Of a stretch of 64,000 nt of DNA, positions 40,438 through 51,999 are shown piece after piece. The notes under the pieces are model-generated. The model did no database searches, was not told where the DNA came from, and saw only the letters and a list, made by a program, of their open reading frames with translations. This stretch comes from Histomonas meleagridis 2922-C6/04-290x. Its lineage: Eukaryota; Protista; Parabasalia. A program made the position numbers and the translations under genes. The stretch lies in contig JAANOX010000042.1 of assembly GCA_020184695.1 (NCBI GenBank), positions 186,001 to 250,000 of the forward strand, in the 5' to 3' direction. Each line of letters begins with the position of its first letter. Position 1 is the first letter of the stretch.

Positions 40438-41298
40438 TTTTCTTGTGATTCAAAAAGTGAATTTTTGATTGCAATTTTTGTGATAATTTTGGTTTTCGCG
40501 AAATCGCGTCATTTGTCGCTCCCTCCAATGCAGTATTGAAATTTTCAATAATAAGCCTTTAAACACTTGATAACATATGATTTTGTAATAATAAAATATG
40601 TGTTTTAATATTATAAAATGGTTTATGTAAATGTTTCAAGATAAGTCAAATTTAAAATATCTTTATTACCCTAAAGACTCAAGCATATTATGCATAAGAA
40701 AATTAGAACAAATAATCAAATCCAAATTCTCATAATGTTATTCAGATATAATCAAATATTTTGAAAAAATTGGTATAGGATGCTTTGTTTGTTCGGATCG
40801 CAAATGTTTCATTGTGTTATAATATATTGATTGCATCGTCTTTGGCGCATATATTGATCATATTGCGAATTAGTTCAATGGTATTAGGGTGCAGATGAAA
40901 ATTGTCAACAATAAATTCTACATTTATCGAATTGGATCCATTATATGAAGAAAATGAGTTTATGGTCAATCCTCGTATGAGTAACTGGATAAAGCGATTT
41001 TGATGAATTCTATAAAATATTGATATTTTCTATAATCAGATCAGATTTGACAGATATTGTATTTGCAGGTGAACCAGCATGTATTCTACCATATCATTAT
41101 TATTATAATTATAATTTATGAAAAGTTTCAAAAACATGATAACTCATATTATTTTAACACGAAAATAATTCAATTCACTTAATCTCATTGATTTTTTTGA
41201 GAATTTGTTTAGTTCAGAATTTTTCTCTTTCGATAATTTTTCAGAAGCGGTTTCACAGAAAAGATATCGTGTGATAATTGGTTCACTTTATTATTGTA

Positions 41299-42480
41299 AT
41301 GTCTCAACATTGGTTATGGAACAACACAACACAAGTTGCCTTTGGCACAGGATGTGTTAAGGAGTACATGCCAAAGTTTGTTAAGTCAAACAGCAAAATC
41401 CTTTGCACATTTGGTGGTGGTTCAATAGATCATAATGGAGCCAGAAAAGATGTCACCGAAGCACTTGCAGAACTCAAATGCGAAGTTCGTTGGGAAGGCG
41501 GCATTCCACCAAATCCAGAATACGACAGATTAGTTGAAATTGTTAAAGTTGTCAAAGAATTCAAGCCAGATCTTATTCTTGCAGTTGGTGGTGGTTCAGT
41601 TCTTGATGGAACCAAATTCATTTCACTTGCATCCAAACTTGATGATAAGGAAGATCCTTGGGGCATCTTAATGGGTAGCGTCAAGCCAACAGAAGCATAT
41701 CCAGTTGCATCTGTAATGACAATTCCAGCAACAGGCAGTGAATGGAACAGCGGATTTGTTGTCAGTCGTCGTTCAATTCATGCAAAGGCAGCAGGATTTA
41801 GCCAAATGACATATCCCAAGTTTTCACTTTTGGATCCACAGTACACAATGACATTACCAGTTCGTCAACTCCGAAACGGTGTATATGATGCAGCATGCCA
41901 TATCATTGATCAATTAATGACACCAGCTGAGAATCCATTGATGGATCATTTCTTAATGTCCGTCCTCAAAGAACTTGTTGACATTGGTGCTGATGTTGTT
42001 AAAGAAAATTCATCAATTGAACTTCATGAAAGATTAATCATCGCTGCTTCATTCGCACTTAATAACATCTTAGTATTAGGTAAGGAACAATGCTGGGCAA
42101 TTCATATGATCGGTCATCAACTTACTGTCGAATACGGTATCGATCATGGCGCAACATTAGCTATTGTTACTCCATTCTTACTCGAAAACCAATTCGAACA
42201 AAGGAAATCAATTATGGCTAAAACTGGTGAATTCGTATTCGGTTGCCAAGGAACTGAGGAAGAAAAAGCGCGCGGATGCATCGCTGGTATTAGAAAGTTC
42301 ATTAAGGATATCGGACAAGCTACAAAAGTCACCGATTGGGAAGGAGCTAAGATCAAAGATGGTGACTTGGATAAGGTAACGAAGATGGTCATGGCATCTG
42401 TTGGTGGAAAACCATTCGGATTTAGAGGATCAATTGGTGAAAAGGAAACAAAAGAAATTTTGAGCCATTGCATCGTTTAA
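41299..42480 (+). CDS. Iron-containing alcohol dehydrogenase, YqhD/BdhA-like (bacterial-type, probably NADPH-dependent)
   Basis: GGGS motifs, GGIPPNPEY and TIPATGSEWN. Metal ligands D/H in VYDAACH and H/H in HMIGHQ...IDHG. ATG 41299 follows the Inr TCACT at 41283. Confidence 0.93.
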   Translation: MSQHWLWNNTTQVAFGTGCVKEYMPKFVKSNSKILCTFGGGSIDHNGARKDVTEALAELKCEVRWEGGIPPNPEYDRLVEIVKVVKEFKPDLILAVGGGSVLDGTKFISLASKLDDKEDPWGILMGSVKPTEAYPVASVMTIPATGSEWNSGFVVSRRSIHAKAAGFSQMTYPKFSLLDPQYTMTLPVRQLRNGVYDAACHIIDQLMTPAENPLMDHFLMSVLKELVDIGADVVKENSSIELHERLIIAASFALNNILVLGKEQCWAIHMIGHQLTVEYGIDHGATLAIVTPFLLENQFEQRKSIMAKTGEFVFGCQGTEEEKARGCIAGIRKFIKDIGQATKVTDWEGAKIKDGDLDKVTKMVMASVGGKPFGFRGSIGEKETKEILSHCIV

Positions 42481-42809
42481 GTAAAAACGATCCATCAATT
42501 TGATTTTTATGAAATATTATCGTTTTTTAAATTTCATTTGTGTGAAATATCTTTTGATTTTGAGAAATTATTTTCAAATGTCATTTAGGATAATTAATAA
42601 TAAAACCAACAGATTAATACCAAGGCTTTTCTAGTTTATATGAAATTTTCTTTTAAGATTCGGTATTTCATGACAGTATTGGAAATAATAGTGATTTACG
42701 GAAAAGGATAATAAAGTGATATAGTATGTGATTTACTTATGAAATAAAATAATAATACACAAAATTTCTGGAAATATCGTAATTTTTGATTGAGTAAGAC
42801 ACATATCAA

Positions 42810-43010
42810 AGTTACAACATGATTTTTACAAATGAATTTTATAAATATTTTATATTTATTTTGAATTAATTAAATAACTAAATTTTGGTCAACTTATTTC
42901 GTGGTTTATACTCTATTTTATACGCACAAAATAAAAATATTTTCATTTTATTCATTTGAGGTTTTTTCTGTTGTTGTTTGGCTTTCAATTACACCAAAAG
43001 TGAAGAATAT
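42810..43010 (+). repeat. Dispersed AT-rich interspersed repeat, copy B
   Basis: Colinear matches to copies A and C, including an exact 16-mer ATTACACCAAAAGTGA (42988-43003 = 17182-17197). Confidence 0.7.
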
Positions 43011-43464
43011 TTTTTATTACAAAGTTTTTTTTCAAATCATAAACACATTTCAAGATAAGTTAATGAAAAAATATGAAATTTAGAGTTCTTATGGTCATAT
43101 TGCATTGTTTTTTCGATAAGCAAAAGAAAGATATTTCAATTTTTAATTTAGTGTAATATGTTTACCTTGGTAATTCTCCATTTATCTGTGACAATACTTT
43201 GTTATCTCAATTAGAATGGTAAAAAAACTTAATTAAGTTAATTGTAAGTCACTTCAAATCCCAAAGATTTAAACTCAAGTGATCCACTTTGAAAAAATAA
43301 ACTTTATGAGATATATTAAAGGAAAAGAAAGAAATTCATTATTAAGCGAATAAAAAATCCTTTTAAAAGGAAAAATCTTTTCCAAAACCGTTAAAAAATC
43401 AAGGACGCAACTGAACTTTAAACGTTTTGCCAACCATGGCAAAAATATCAACTCAAAAAAAAAG

Positions 43465-46400
43465 ATGGACGGCAAAAATTAAAATAAACATCAGAATTTT
43501 TCAACAGAAATTTGTGTGGCTTTTGTTGCTTATTTCATAAATATGGGTCAAAATCCAACAGCACCCTTTAATAAATATAATACCCAAACACCAAAAGTAT
43601 ATGAATGGTTTAGAAGGTTTAGTATGCATTGTTTTGGTACGGATTCTATAGAATATTATATAATGTTAAGATCTGCCTATTTTTTCTTTTGCAATGACAA
43701 TTTTTATAAAAAAGTTAATATTGATATCATTGCTGGTTTCATTCGAGATGTTGGGTATATAACAAAACCTGAAGCAGTTGCAATCATCTTAAGGATTATT
43801 CGAAATGCAAAATCATCAAGTGATGCAAAGAACAAAATCCAAATCGTGTTATCAGCGATGCGTGTTCAAATAGATGATTCAACATATTTATCGCCAATTG
43901 TTGATTCTGAACTTTATTATAGTATATTTAATAGCGATGAAATAAAAGGAACAGGATTTACACCTGAACCAATTAATTTTACAAGTCCAGAAGTTACAAG
44001 TCTTCGTATGAGACAAGCTTCTGAAGTACCAACATATGTATGTCATTCACTCACCACAGCAAAAATAATTTTTAATCATGGTTTTTTTGATCGTTTAAAT
44101 ACCCCAGAAAATTTACGTAATTTTTCAGAAAGTTTCAATAAAATCCGAGCACTTGATATTAAATTTGATCACCCAGTTACACCTAAGAATTATAAAGAGC
44201 AAACAATATTTACAGCAGTTGAAAATTCTCAAACTGATATAATTGAATATTTGATATATAATATGCCCTTGGTATTAGAATTAAAAGATAACGGAAAAAG
44301 CTTATTACATATAGCTGCCCAAAGCTCAAGCATACAAGTTATTGAGCTTCTTATTAAAAAATATAGGGCAAATCTTTCATGTTATGATTCTAATGGACTC
44401 CTTCCATTTCATTTAATTGAGGAAGACTATGATTTTCATGTATTTATTGAAAATGGGCAAGATATACAAGTTCCTACTAAAGATGGAAGAACAATATTAG
44501 ATATTTTTTCAAAGAATTACAAACCTGAAATGATAAAAAAAATTATTGAAAATAATTTTAATATATTTATTCCAAATTCAAAAGGAGTTTATTGGATGCA
44601 AGATGTAATTCATAATAAATATTATGGGAATACTAATCCAAAATATGTAAAATTTCATATTTTAGTACGGACATCACTTAAAAATGCCAATAATTATCCT
44701 TGCAAAGATAATCCAATTTATCAAGAAATTTTATCCAGAAAATATGATACTGAAGATTTAATAGATTTATATAACTCAGTTAATAATAATAATATTGAAC
44801 GAGTTAAAATGTTAGCAGGATTTGGTGTTAAATTAGATTTGAATAGAAAAGATATAAACAGTACTAATCTAGCATATTGTACACTAAATAATTATAGAGA
44901 AATTGCGCAAATCTTAATACAAAACTATTGTAATTTAAAAATTACTTTTGATGATGAAAACATATTTGATATTGCAGTATTAAAAGGTAATTATGACCTT
45001 GCAAAAGATTATAAAGACTTAGGAGTAGATATAAATCATATAATTGAAAAATATCGAGGAACTTTACTACATTATGCATATAATAACATTAATGAATATT
45101 CACAAGTTTTCCAATTTTTACTTGATTTAGGTGTTAGTCCTAACATAAAAAATTTAGATGATGAAACAGTACAATATTTAGCATTTAAAAGAAGAGATGA
45201 TCAAATAGCTGAAATGCTTCAAGATAGATATAATGGTGATATTTCAGTACAAAAAGAAGATGGTAATACTTTAGCTCATGAAGCTTACTTTGAACAAGAT
45301 TTTGCTAGACTTAATTATTATATTCAAAGAGGTATTAAAGCTGATTTAGAAAATAAGGATGGTGTCTGTATATTTACTGAAATGTATAAAAATAATAATT
45401 TAGCAATGTGTAGTCAATTAACAAGAAATATGAAAATTGGTGAGTCAAATGAAACCATTAAAAATTTATTAGTATAAGTTTGTGAAACTAATCCATTAAA
45501 TAGGGAAAGATTTGATTTCTTAGTTAATAGTGGTTGTGATTTAAATGTTATTAGTAAGAATGGATTACCACCGATTTCAATATTATTAAGGAAAGGGTTA
45601 TATAACGAAGCATTAATTTTAATTGATAAAGGTTGTAAATTAAGTTATCCTAATTCTGAATTTGAACCTATAGCTATAGCATTAAAAAATTCGAATCAAT
45701 CTATGTTTGAAACATTAGTTCAACATGGGGCTAATGCATTAAATAATAAATTCCCTGTTGTAGCTGCATATATTAATTCATCTTTCTACAAAATCGAATA
45801 TTTAAGAAGAATGGGAAAATATAATTTTATTATTGGTGTACCATTTAATATTGCAATTAAAAAGAAAAATATGGAATTAATTGATTTTATTTGGAATTCT
45901 TCAAATGAAAACACAAAAATTGAAATTACTAAGGGTTGTGATGAACAAGGACGTATACCCTTAAGCTTAGCACTTGATTATTCATTAGATGGATTAGTTG
46001 ATATTCTGATAAATCCAAAATATGAAGTTGATAGGCATGATAGAAAAAGTAACACACCTTTTTGTAAAGTATGTAAAATAGGTAATGTTAATTGGATGAA
46101 TCGACTTTTACCAATTGTCGAAAGTACTAATTCTTCTTTATGTGATGAAAATAAAAATTCAGTTTATACATATTGCGGAAATCGTAATGACATTGAATTT
46201 TGCAAAAAACTTTACATAAAAGGCATCCAAGTTGTTGGAAATTTGGATTCAAATGGTATTATGAAGGCACTTATGACTATTAATCAAGCATATAAATCAC
46301 TACTAAAAGTAATTGATAAAATAGTAGAAAGCGCAGAAGAAAGAGTTGATGATTTAGATAAAGAAATTTATGTTATTCATAAAGAACTTTCGAAATGTCG

Positions 46401-46701
46401 TAAAAACTTTCCTAGCCAAAGCTCTATTGAAACTATTCAAAAATTTAAAAAAAGAGAGCAAAAACTCGAAGAAGAGCTCAGGAAATTTACTCAAAAGAGA
46501 GAGAGAGCAAAAGAAGCTTATAAAAAATATAAGAACAGGTTCGGAAAATTAAGAAGTATAAACAAAGAAGAAATTTTGCACGATGTACATGGATTGCAAA
46601 GATACGTAGAATATGATGGTGATATCAAAGGTTTTGAGCTGCTATATGAGCCAGAAATGACCGGGGTTTATGAAGCCATGAGACTTCTCAAAATTAAATA
46701 A
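43465..46701 (+). pseudogene. Large ankyrin-repeat and coiled-coil gene with in-frame TAA codons
   Basis: ORFs 43516-45477 and 45703-46701 are in the same frame, and 45478-45702 is open and ankyrin-like. There is a single TAA at 45475-45477, and a second TAA at 43480-43482 after ATG 43465. Confidence 0.65.
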
Positions 46702-47789
46702 AAAAAATTCTTCAAGATTTTAAGTAATCTCAAAATTTATTAATACAATATGTTAAGATTAAATGAGTTGATGTTATCAATAAAAAATTTGTTATCTTCG
46801 TGAGATGAGTTTTGTGCTTAAAAAATGATTTTTTTCATGAAATCATCACGAAGATATTGAGAAAATTTTTGTTAATTATTCAAGCTTTATTGAGGAAGGA
46901 GTCAAACAACGATTTTGGTGTTCAAAAAAGTCTGGATCATTCTGCCGATCAAACCGCAAAAGTAACACAAAAAGTCATGTTTTTATTTTTTGTCCAGAGC
47001 TTCCATTTTTTAATATTTTTCCCTAAAAAAAATAAATATAGCAATATCAAAAAATTTGCAAAATTTAATCCAGACATATTCTTGAAAAATTGCTTCTTTG
47101 TCGAAATCTCATTTACAAATAATGGCATTACTAAAATCAAATCCGAGCATGTGACTTTCTTCAACAACCTATAGCCTTATATACAAAATATAGAGCTATA
47201 AATTTGAATTGAGTAAGACAATATTGAAATATTTTGCCTGCTAAAAAATTTAATATTGATGTTATACAAATATAAAAGATATCATTCTATTCTTCATCGA
47301 AAGTATTAGTTCATAAAAAAAATTTAATAAATATCATAACATCCCCTAAAAAGAATAAATTTTCTTTTTGGCAACCGTTTATTTAATTGAATCCATCCTC
47401 TTCATTGTGCATGAAATCTTGTGACATCTAAAAAATCAATTAATATGTAATTAACGTTAATTTTGATATTAATTTATAAAATGATTTACAAATAGACTTA
47501 TTATACATGTGTGGCTTTTGGCTATGCCATACACTTCTTATTGTCAAAATGTAATTCCTTTATAGAAATCAAGTTTTAGTGTGCTTACAGCACTTTGAGA
47601 ACTTTTGAGTGCAGTAGCTATGAGCCATGGTTCGTTTTTTTAAATTTAGCCTAAAAATTTAGTTTAGTTTTTGGGCAGAAATACAAAGTGTAACGATACA
47701 TCTTGTTGGCAAAAGTGACTTTTTCTTGAGCTTATATTCAATCCTTACTTGGCCTGATCTTTGGGTATGTCACTTTTTCATTTTGAAAG

Positions 47790-48389
47790 ATGAGCCGTAT
47801 GTGCAAACTTGTTGTTCTTGGTGACTCAGGTGTCGGGAAAACAACAATCATTCACAAATATATAGCTGAAGAATTTAGGGCTGATTTCAAAGCAACAATA
47901 GGCGCTGATTTTTCTTCGAAAACAATTCAAGTCAATGGACAACAAGTCGATTTAAACATTTGGGACACAGCAGGTGAGGAAAGATTTCATTCGGTAGGTG
48001 CTTCTTTTTATCGTGGAGTCGAAGCTGTTATTCTTGTTTTTGATATAACACAACACGAAACAGTGGAACATCTTAAAAATTGGAAAGATGATCTATACCA
48101 AAAGAGTGGTATTCCAACATCAGAAGAAATTCCTATGATTATTTTTGGAAATAAATGTGATCTTGAGGATCAAAGACAAGTTGCACCTAACGAAGTTGAG
48201 CAAATAGGTGTCTTAAATAATATCCCTGCATTGGAAGTTAGTGCAAAAAGTGGTAAAAACATTGAAGAAGGATTCAAAATGATTACCGAACTTTATTTAA
48301 AATCATCAGACAACGCTAGAAAAATCGAATCTTCCTCAATTACGCTCAGAGTAAATCAAAATCAAAACAAAAATCAATGTAATTGCTAA
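47790..48389 (+). CDS. Rab GTPase, Rab7-like
   Basis: GDSGVGKT, FKATIGADF, WDTAGEERF, GNKCD and SAK motifs, with a C-terminal CNC prenylation site. Inr GTCACTTT at about 47769. Confidence 0.93.
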   Translation: MSRMCKLVVLGDSGVGKTTIIHKYIAEEFRADFKATIGADFSSKTIQVNGQQVDLNIWDTAGEERFHSVGASFYRGVEAVILVFDITQHETVEHLKNWKDDLYQKSGIPTSEEIPMIIFGNKCDLEDQRQVAPNEVEQIGVLNNIPALEVSAKSGKNIEEGFKMITELYLKSSDNARKIESSSITLRVNQNQNKNQCNC

Positions 48390-49679
48390 GATCAGCGATA
48401 TCAATAAACATTTGATTCTAAAATTTTCAACCGCCGATCTCTTTGAATTTTTGAATGCGCTTTTGAAATTGTTATCAAAAAATGGGGTTAACGGTTTTAA
48501 CCCTTTTGCAAGCGATGATTGTTGGAACCTCTTCTGTTCATTTTTCTCGACTATTAGATCAAAAATTTCATAACGATCCGATTTATGTTTTTATATTTTT
48601 TAATTTTTTATCATTATTCCAGTTAATTTTTCCATCATGATCAAAAAATCTTGGAATTTAATTTAAATTTTTAATTGGAAGAAAACATGGAATATGTAAA
48701 AAGAGTGATATTTCATGCATTTTGTTTTTTATTTTTTGATATCCCAATGGTATATAACACTGGAGATGGACCTCTAAAAGTACATGCTCGGATCTAGTTT
48801 TTTTATAATTTCTAATTTCTGTTTTATTTTCGATAAAAATCAATATATTTTAATCGTATCCACATAAAGTATTGAAATAAAAACACTTTTTTAAAATAAT
48901 TTTTATGGGCTTTTTGAAAGAATATTATTACTCCAATTGGAGCAAAACGCAAGGCAAAATGATTTGTTGGAGGAACTCTCAAGAGTTAGAACAAATTATA
49001 GAGAACTACTTGCAAAATGTAATTAGAAAATTTGTAGAAATTAAATATTGTTTTGTTTTTTTTAACATGTTTTTTGAAGTGAGAATTCTTCTGAAAAAGT
49101 CGTTTTGAAAAATGTCTATCGAGGAAGTTTTTACTGAAAAAGTGGAGATTTTGCATTATCTATCGTTACCTCCTAAAAAATAAAACTATAACAAAGAGAT
49201 GAAAAGAAGGAGGTTGATCATCCAATCACATATTTTTACTGTAGTAATATTATAATATTTTTTTTTTTATGTTTTGCAAAATAAACATCATGTTTTAGTA
49301 AATAAATCCTTATAGTTATTTTTTTGATCATGAATTTTCCTGTTGACAAACTCTTGTTAACTATCAAGAAAATCGAAAATAATTAAAACCACTAATAAAT
49401 TCTAATAGCAAATGTAAAAATTAACTTTTTATCATTGAAGAAATATGGATTCAAAAAGTTCTATGAAGTAGAGGTGGATGCATACAACTTTTTTCATTTT
49501 TCAAGTCAAATTGTAAGCTTTCATACATCCAGCTGACTATGGTCGATATAAAAAAAATTTTTATTTTATACTTTGTTTGATTGATGAACGCTCATCATTT
49601 TAGGAAAACAACAAGAAAATTATGATAAACTTTTACATAATGATTTTGAACTTCATAATTATGTTTTAAAATGTGTTGG

Positions 49680-50800
49680 TTATATACAATAAATTAATTT
49701 ATCTGGAAATTGGACATATTTTAATTGTTTACATGATGCAAATGCTCTACTATTTATATTTCCAACTGTTTCTCCAATTATTACTGTTGTTAATAAAGGC
49801 CATTCTCTTAATAAATCACTTTCAAGCTCGTCAACATCAATAATTATAACACGTTCTGTATCATTCATATAATCTTTTGAATAATCATTGGAATCAGATA
49901 TTGTGAGTGTTTTTATTGTTTCATCAAATGATTGCTTTGTATTAACAAAAAAGAGAATCATTAAAATCGGAATAACTTCGTTTTTTTGATTATAAATGCT
50001 TTTCTGATTAAAATTAATTTTAAAAAAAGGAAGTAAAAACAAAAAATATAAATACGTACAAAGTTGTATTTGCATATGCCGAAGTAATTAATGCATTAAA
50101 TATCTTTGGTAGATACTTAAGAATATTATTGCTGCAATTCATTGATAAATTACATTGAAAACTTTCATTAAAATGATATATATTATGCAGGATATGAAAG
50201 ATTGCAGTTATTTTGGAATAAAAATACGATATTATTAAATTTGAAGAAACGAAACGCTTAAAACCTATTCTATTGTTATTTAGAGAATTATTAAGTGAAA
50301 CGCATTGCAGTAAATGATTTAAATTGTTTGCTGTTTGAATTTTTTGTAAATATATTTTACTCTTTATGAGTTCTCTCTTGTTACTCGGCATGTAATGAAT
50401 GCTTTTGTTATGCACATGCTTGTTCATTGTTTTATTTTCATTGAGAGAATTAGAATAATATTTATTTGAAATAAAAACATGTTTGTTGAAATTTATGAGG
50501 AGGATGAAAGTGCCAATGTGAATTAATGTTATCATTAATTGAGAATGGTCATTATATTTCATCGATTTGGTATATGCGTTTCCAATATAAATCTGGTTTG
50601 GTTGTAACGAAAAACCTTTAATTTTTCATTATAAATGTGTGTAACAACTGTTTTTCGATGTGAAATGTGAGTTTTAATCGAAATTATTTTGGATGCCAAG
50701 GTACTCACATGAAGCATTAGGTGACATGAAAAGATATCATTTACTTGCTCACAAGTGAGGACTTGACATTTGAATGGGTTTAAGAACAAAAAACAACCAA
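49680..50800 (-). pseudogene. Decayed BspA-like LRR remnants
   Basis: 49961-49680 reads MILFF...IIGETVGNINSRAFASCKQLKYVQFPDKLIYCI*. Further IGxxAF-like fragments lie upstream (NRIGFKRFVSSNL, IHIGTF). Confidence 0.55.
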
Positions 50801-51999
50801 CTTTTTATGAGAATAAAGTTTCAGTTGAATAGCCATTCAACTTTTGTGTGTTCATGTCAAAATTGTGTACTTTTAGAATTATTTAAAAAGTGACCGTAAA
50901 AGTAATAATAGAATAATAATCAATCATAAAACTGAATTTATAATTATCTAAATGTTTTTTCTTTAAGATCCTCTGAAAATGGATCATTCTAGACATAGTT
51001 TGTACTGTGAAAATGGTCTTCTATGAACTCGTTCTGGCTTTATAAGATATCTTTATAAGATAAAAACTTATATTTGAAGATTTGACATGTAAAAATAAAA
51101 CAAATATATCTTCATATAAAATTGGCTTAGGCATGTGATGATAGGTGTTTTATATATTCCATTATATATTATTTTTGATTTTAAAAATAATCAAATTTTT
51201 ATTAGAGAATTATTAACTTTCTAGTTAAAATTGATAAGTCAGGAAAATATTTTGCATTTTTTCGATAATGAAATAAGATATCACAAATATGTCTTCTAGG
51301 AAATTAGTTTTTATCATAGCATTTTTATAAACATGTTTATTTATTCGATATCTGAAAAAATGAGAGAGTTTATTTGATTAGGAACTGAAATCTAATGGTA
51401 CCTATCATTTTAAATACATAAAAATGAAAATATAAATACAAATATCTAAATTTAGAATTGGTTATAGAATAAAGAAAATATATATATAAGAAAATACATC
51501 ATATGTTTTTTATGAATGAAATATTTAAAATTCATGAATTTTCAAATTAGAATAGGACCCGTTCTATTCTCCGAGACATAAAATTTTGGATGATAAAAAT
51601 TGAATTAAAAACGTTCATACATATCAAATAAAGCCAATTTGCTAACATACTTTGTCAAATCTAAAAAGTGTTTCATTTTGATGTTGATTAATAAGCATAT
51701 AAATAAATTTATTTTTTCAAACAATTGCATTTATTCAAAGTTGAAAAACAAATTGAAATGGTTTTTGAAATTAAAATCCTGCAACGCATAAATCAATTTG
51801 TTGAATGGTTATTATCATCTGTGATTTTATATGATCATTTTTAATTTGGGTGGGATTGAAGTGGTTTTTGTCACATCACCAAAGATCTCATCGTTCAATC
51901 TTGATTTCAGAATTTTGTTTTTACTTTGATCTGAAAAAGTTTAACCAAAAAACGACAGAAGAATTCAAACTTTTTGAAATAAATTCGTCATTTCATCAA

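Noticed and set aside
43480-45477. TAA reassigned to Gln (non-standard genetic code)
   Set aside because: Many intact housekeeping genes here (RPL13, RPLP1, CIA2, NSUN2, PLK, eIF4E) end in TAA and contain no internal TAA.
47500-47700. Several short hairpins followed by ACA upstream of the Rab gene
   Set aside because: The stems are 5-9 bp and A/T-rich, with no clear H box or two-hairpin geometry; weaker than the 61054 candidate.
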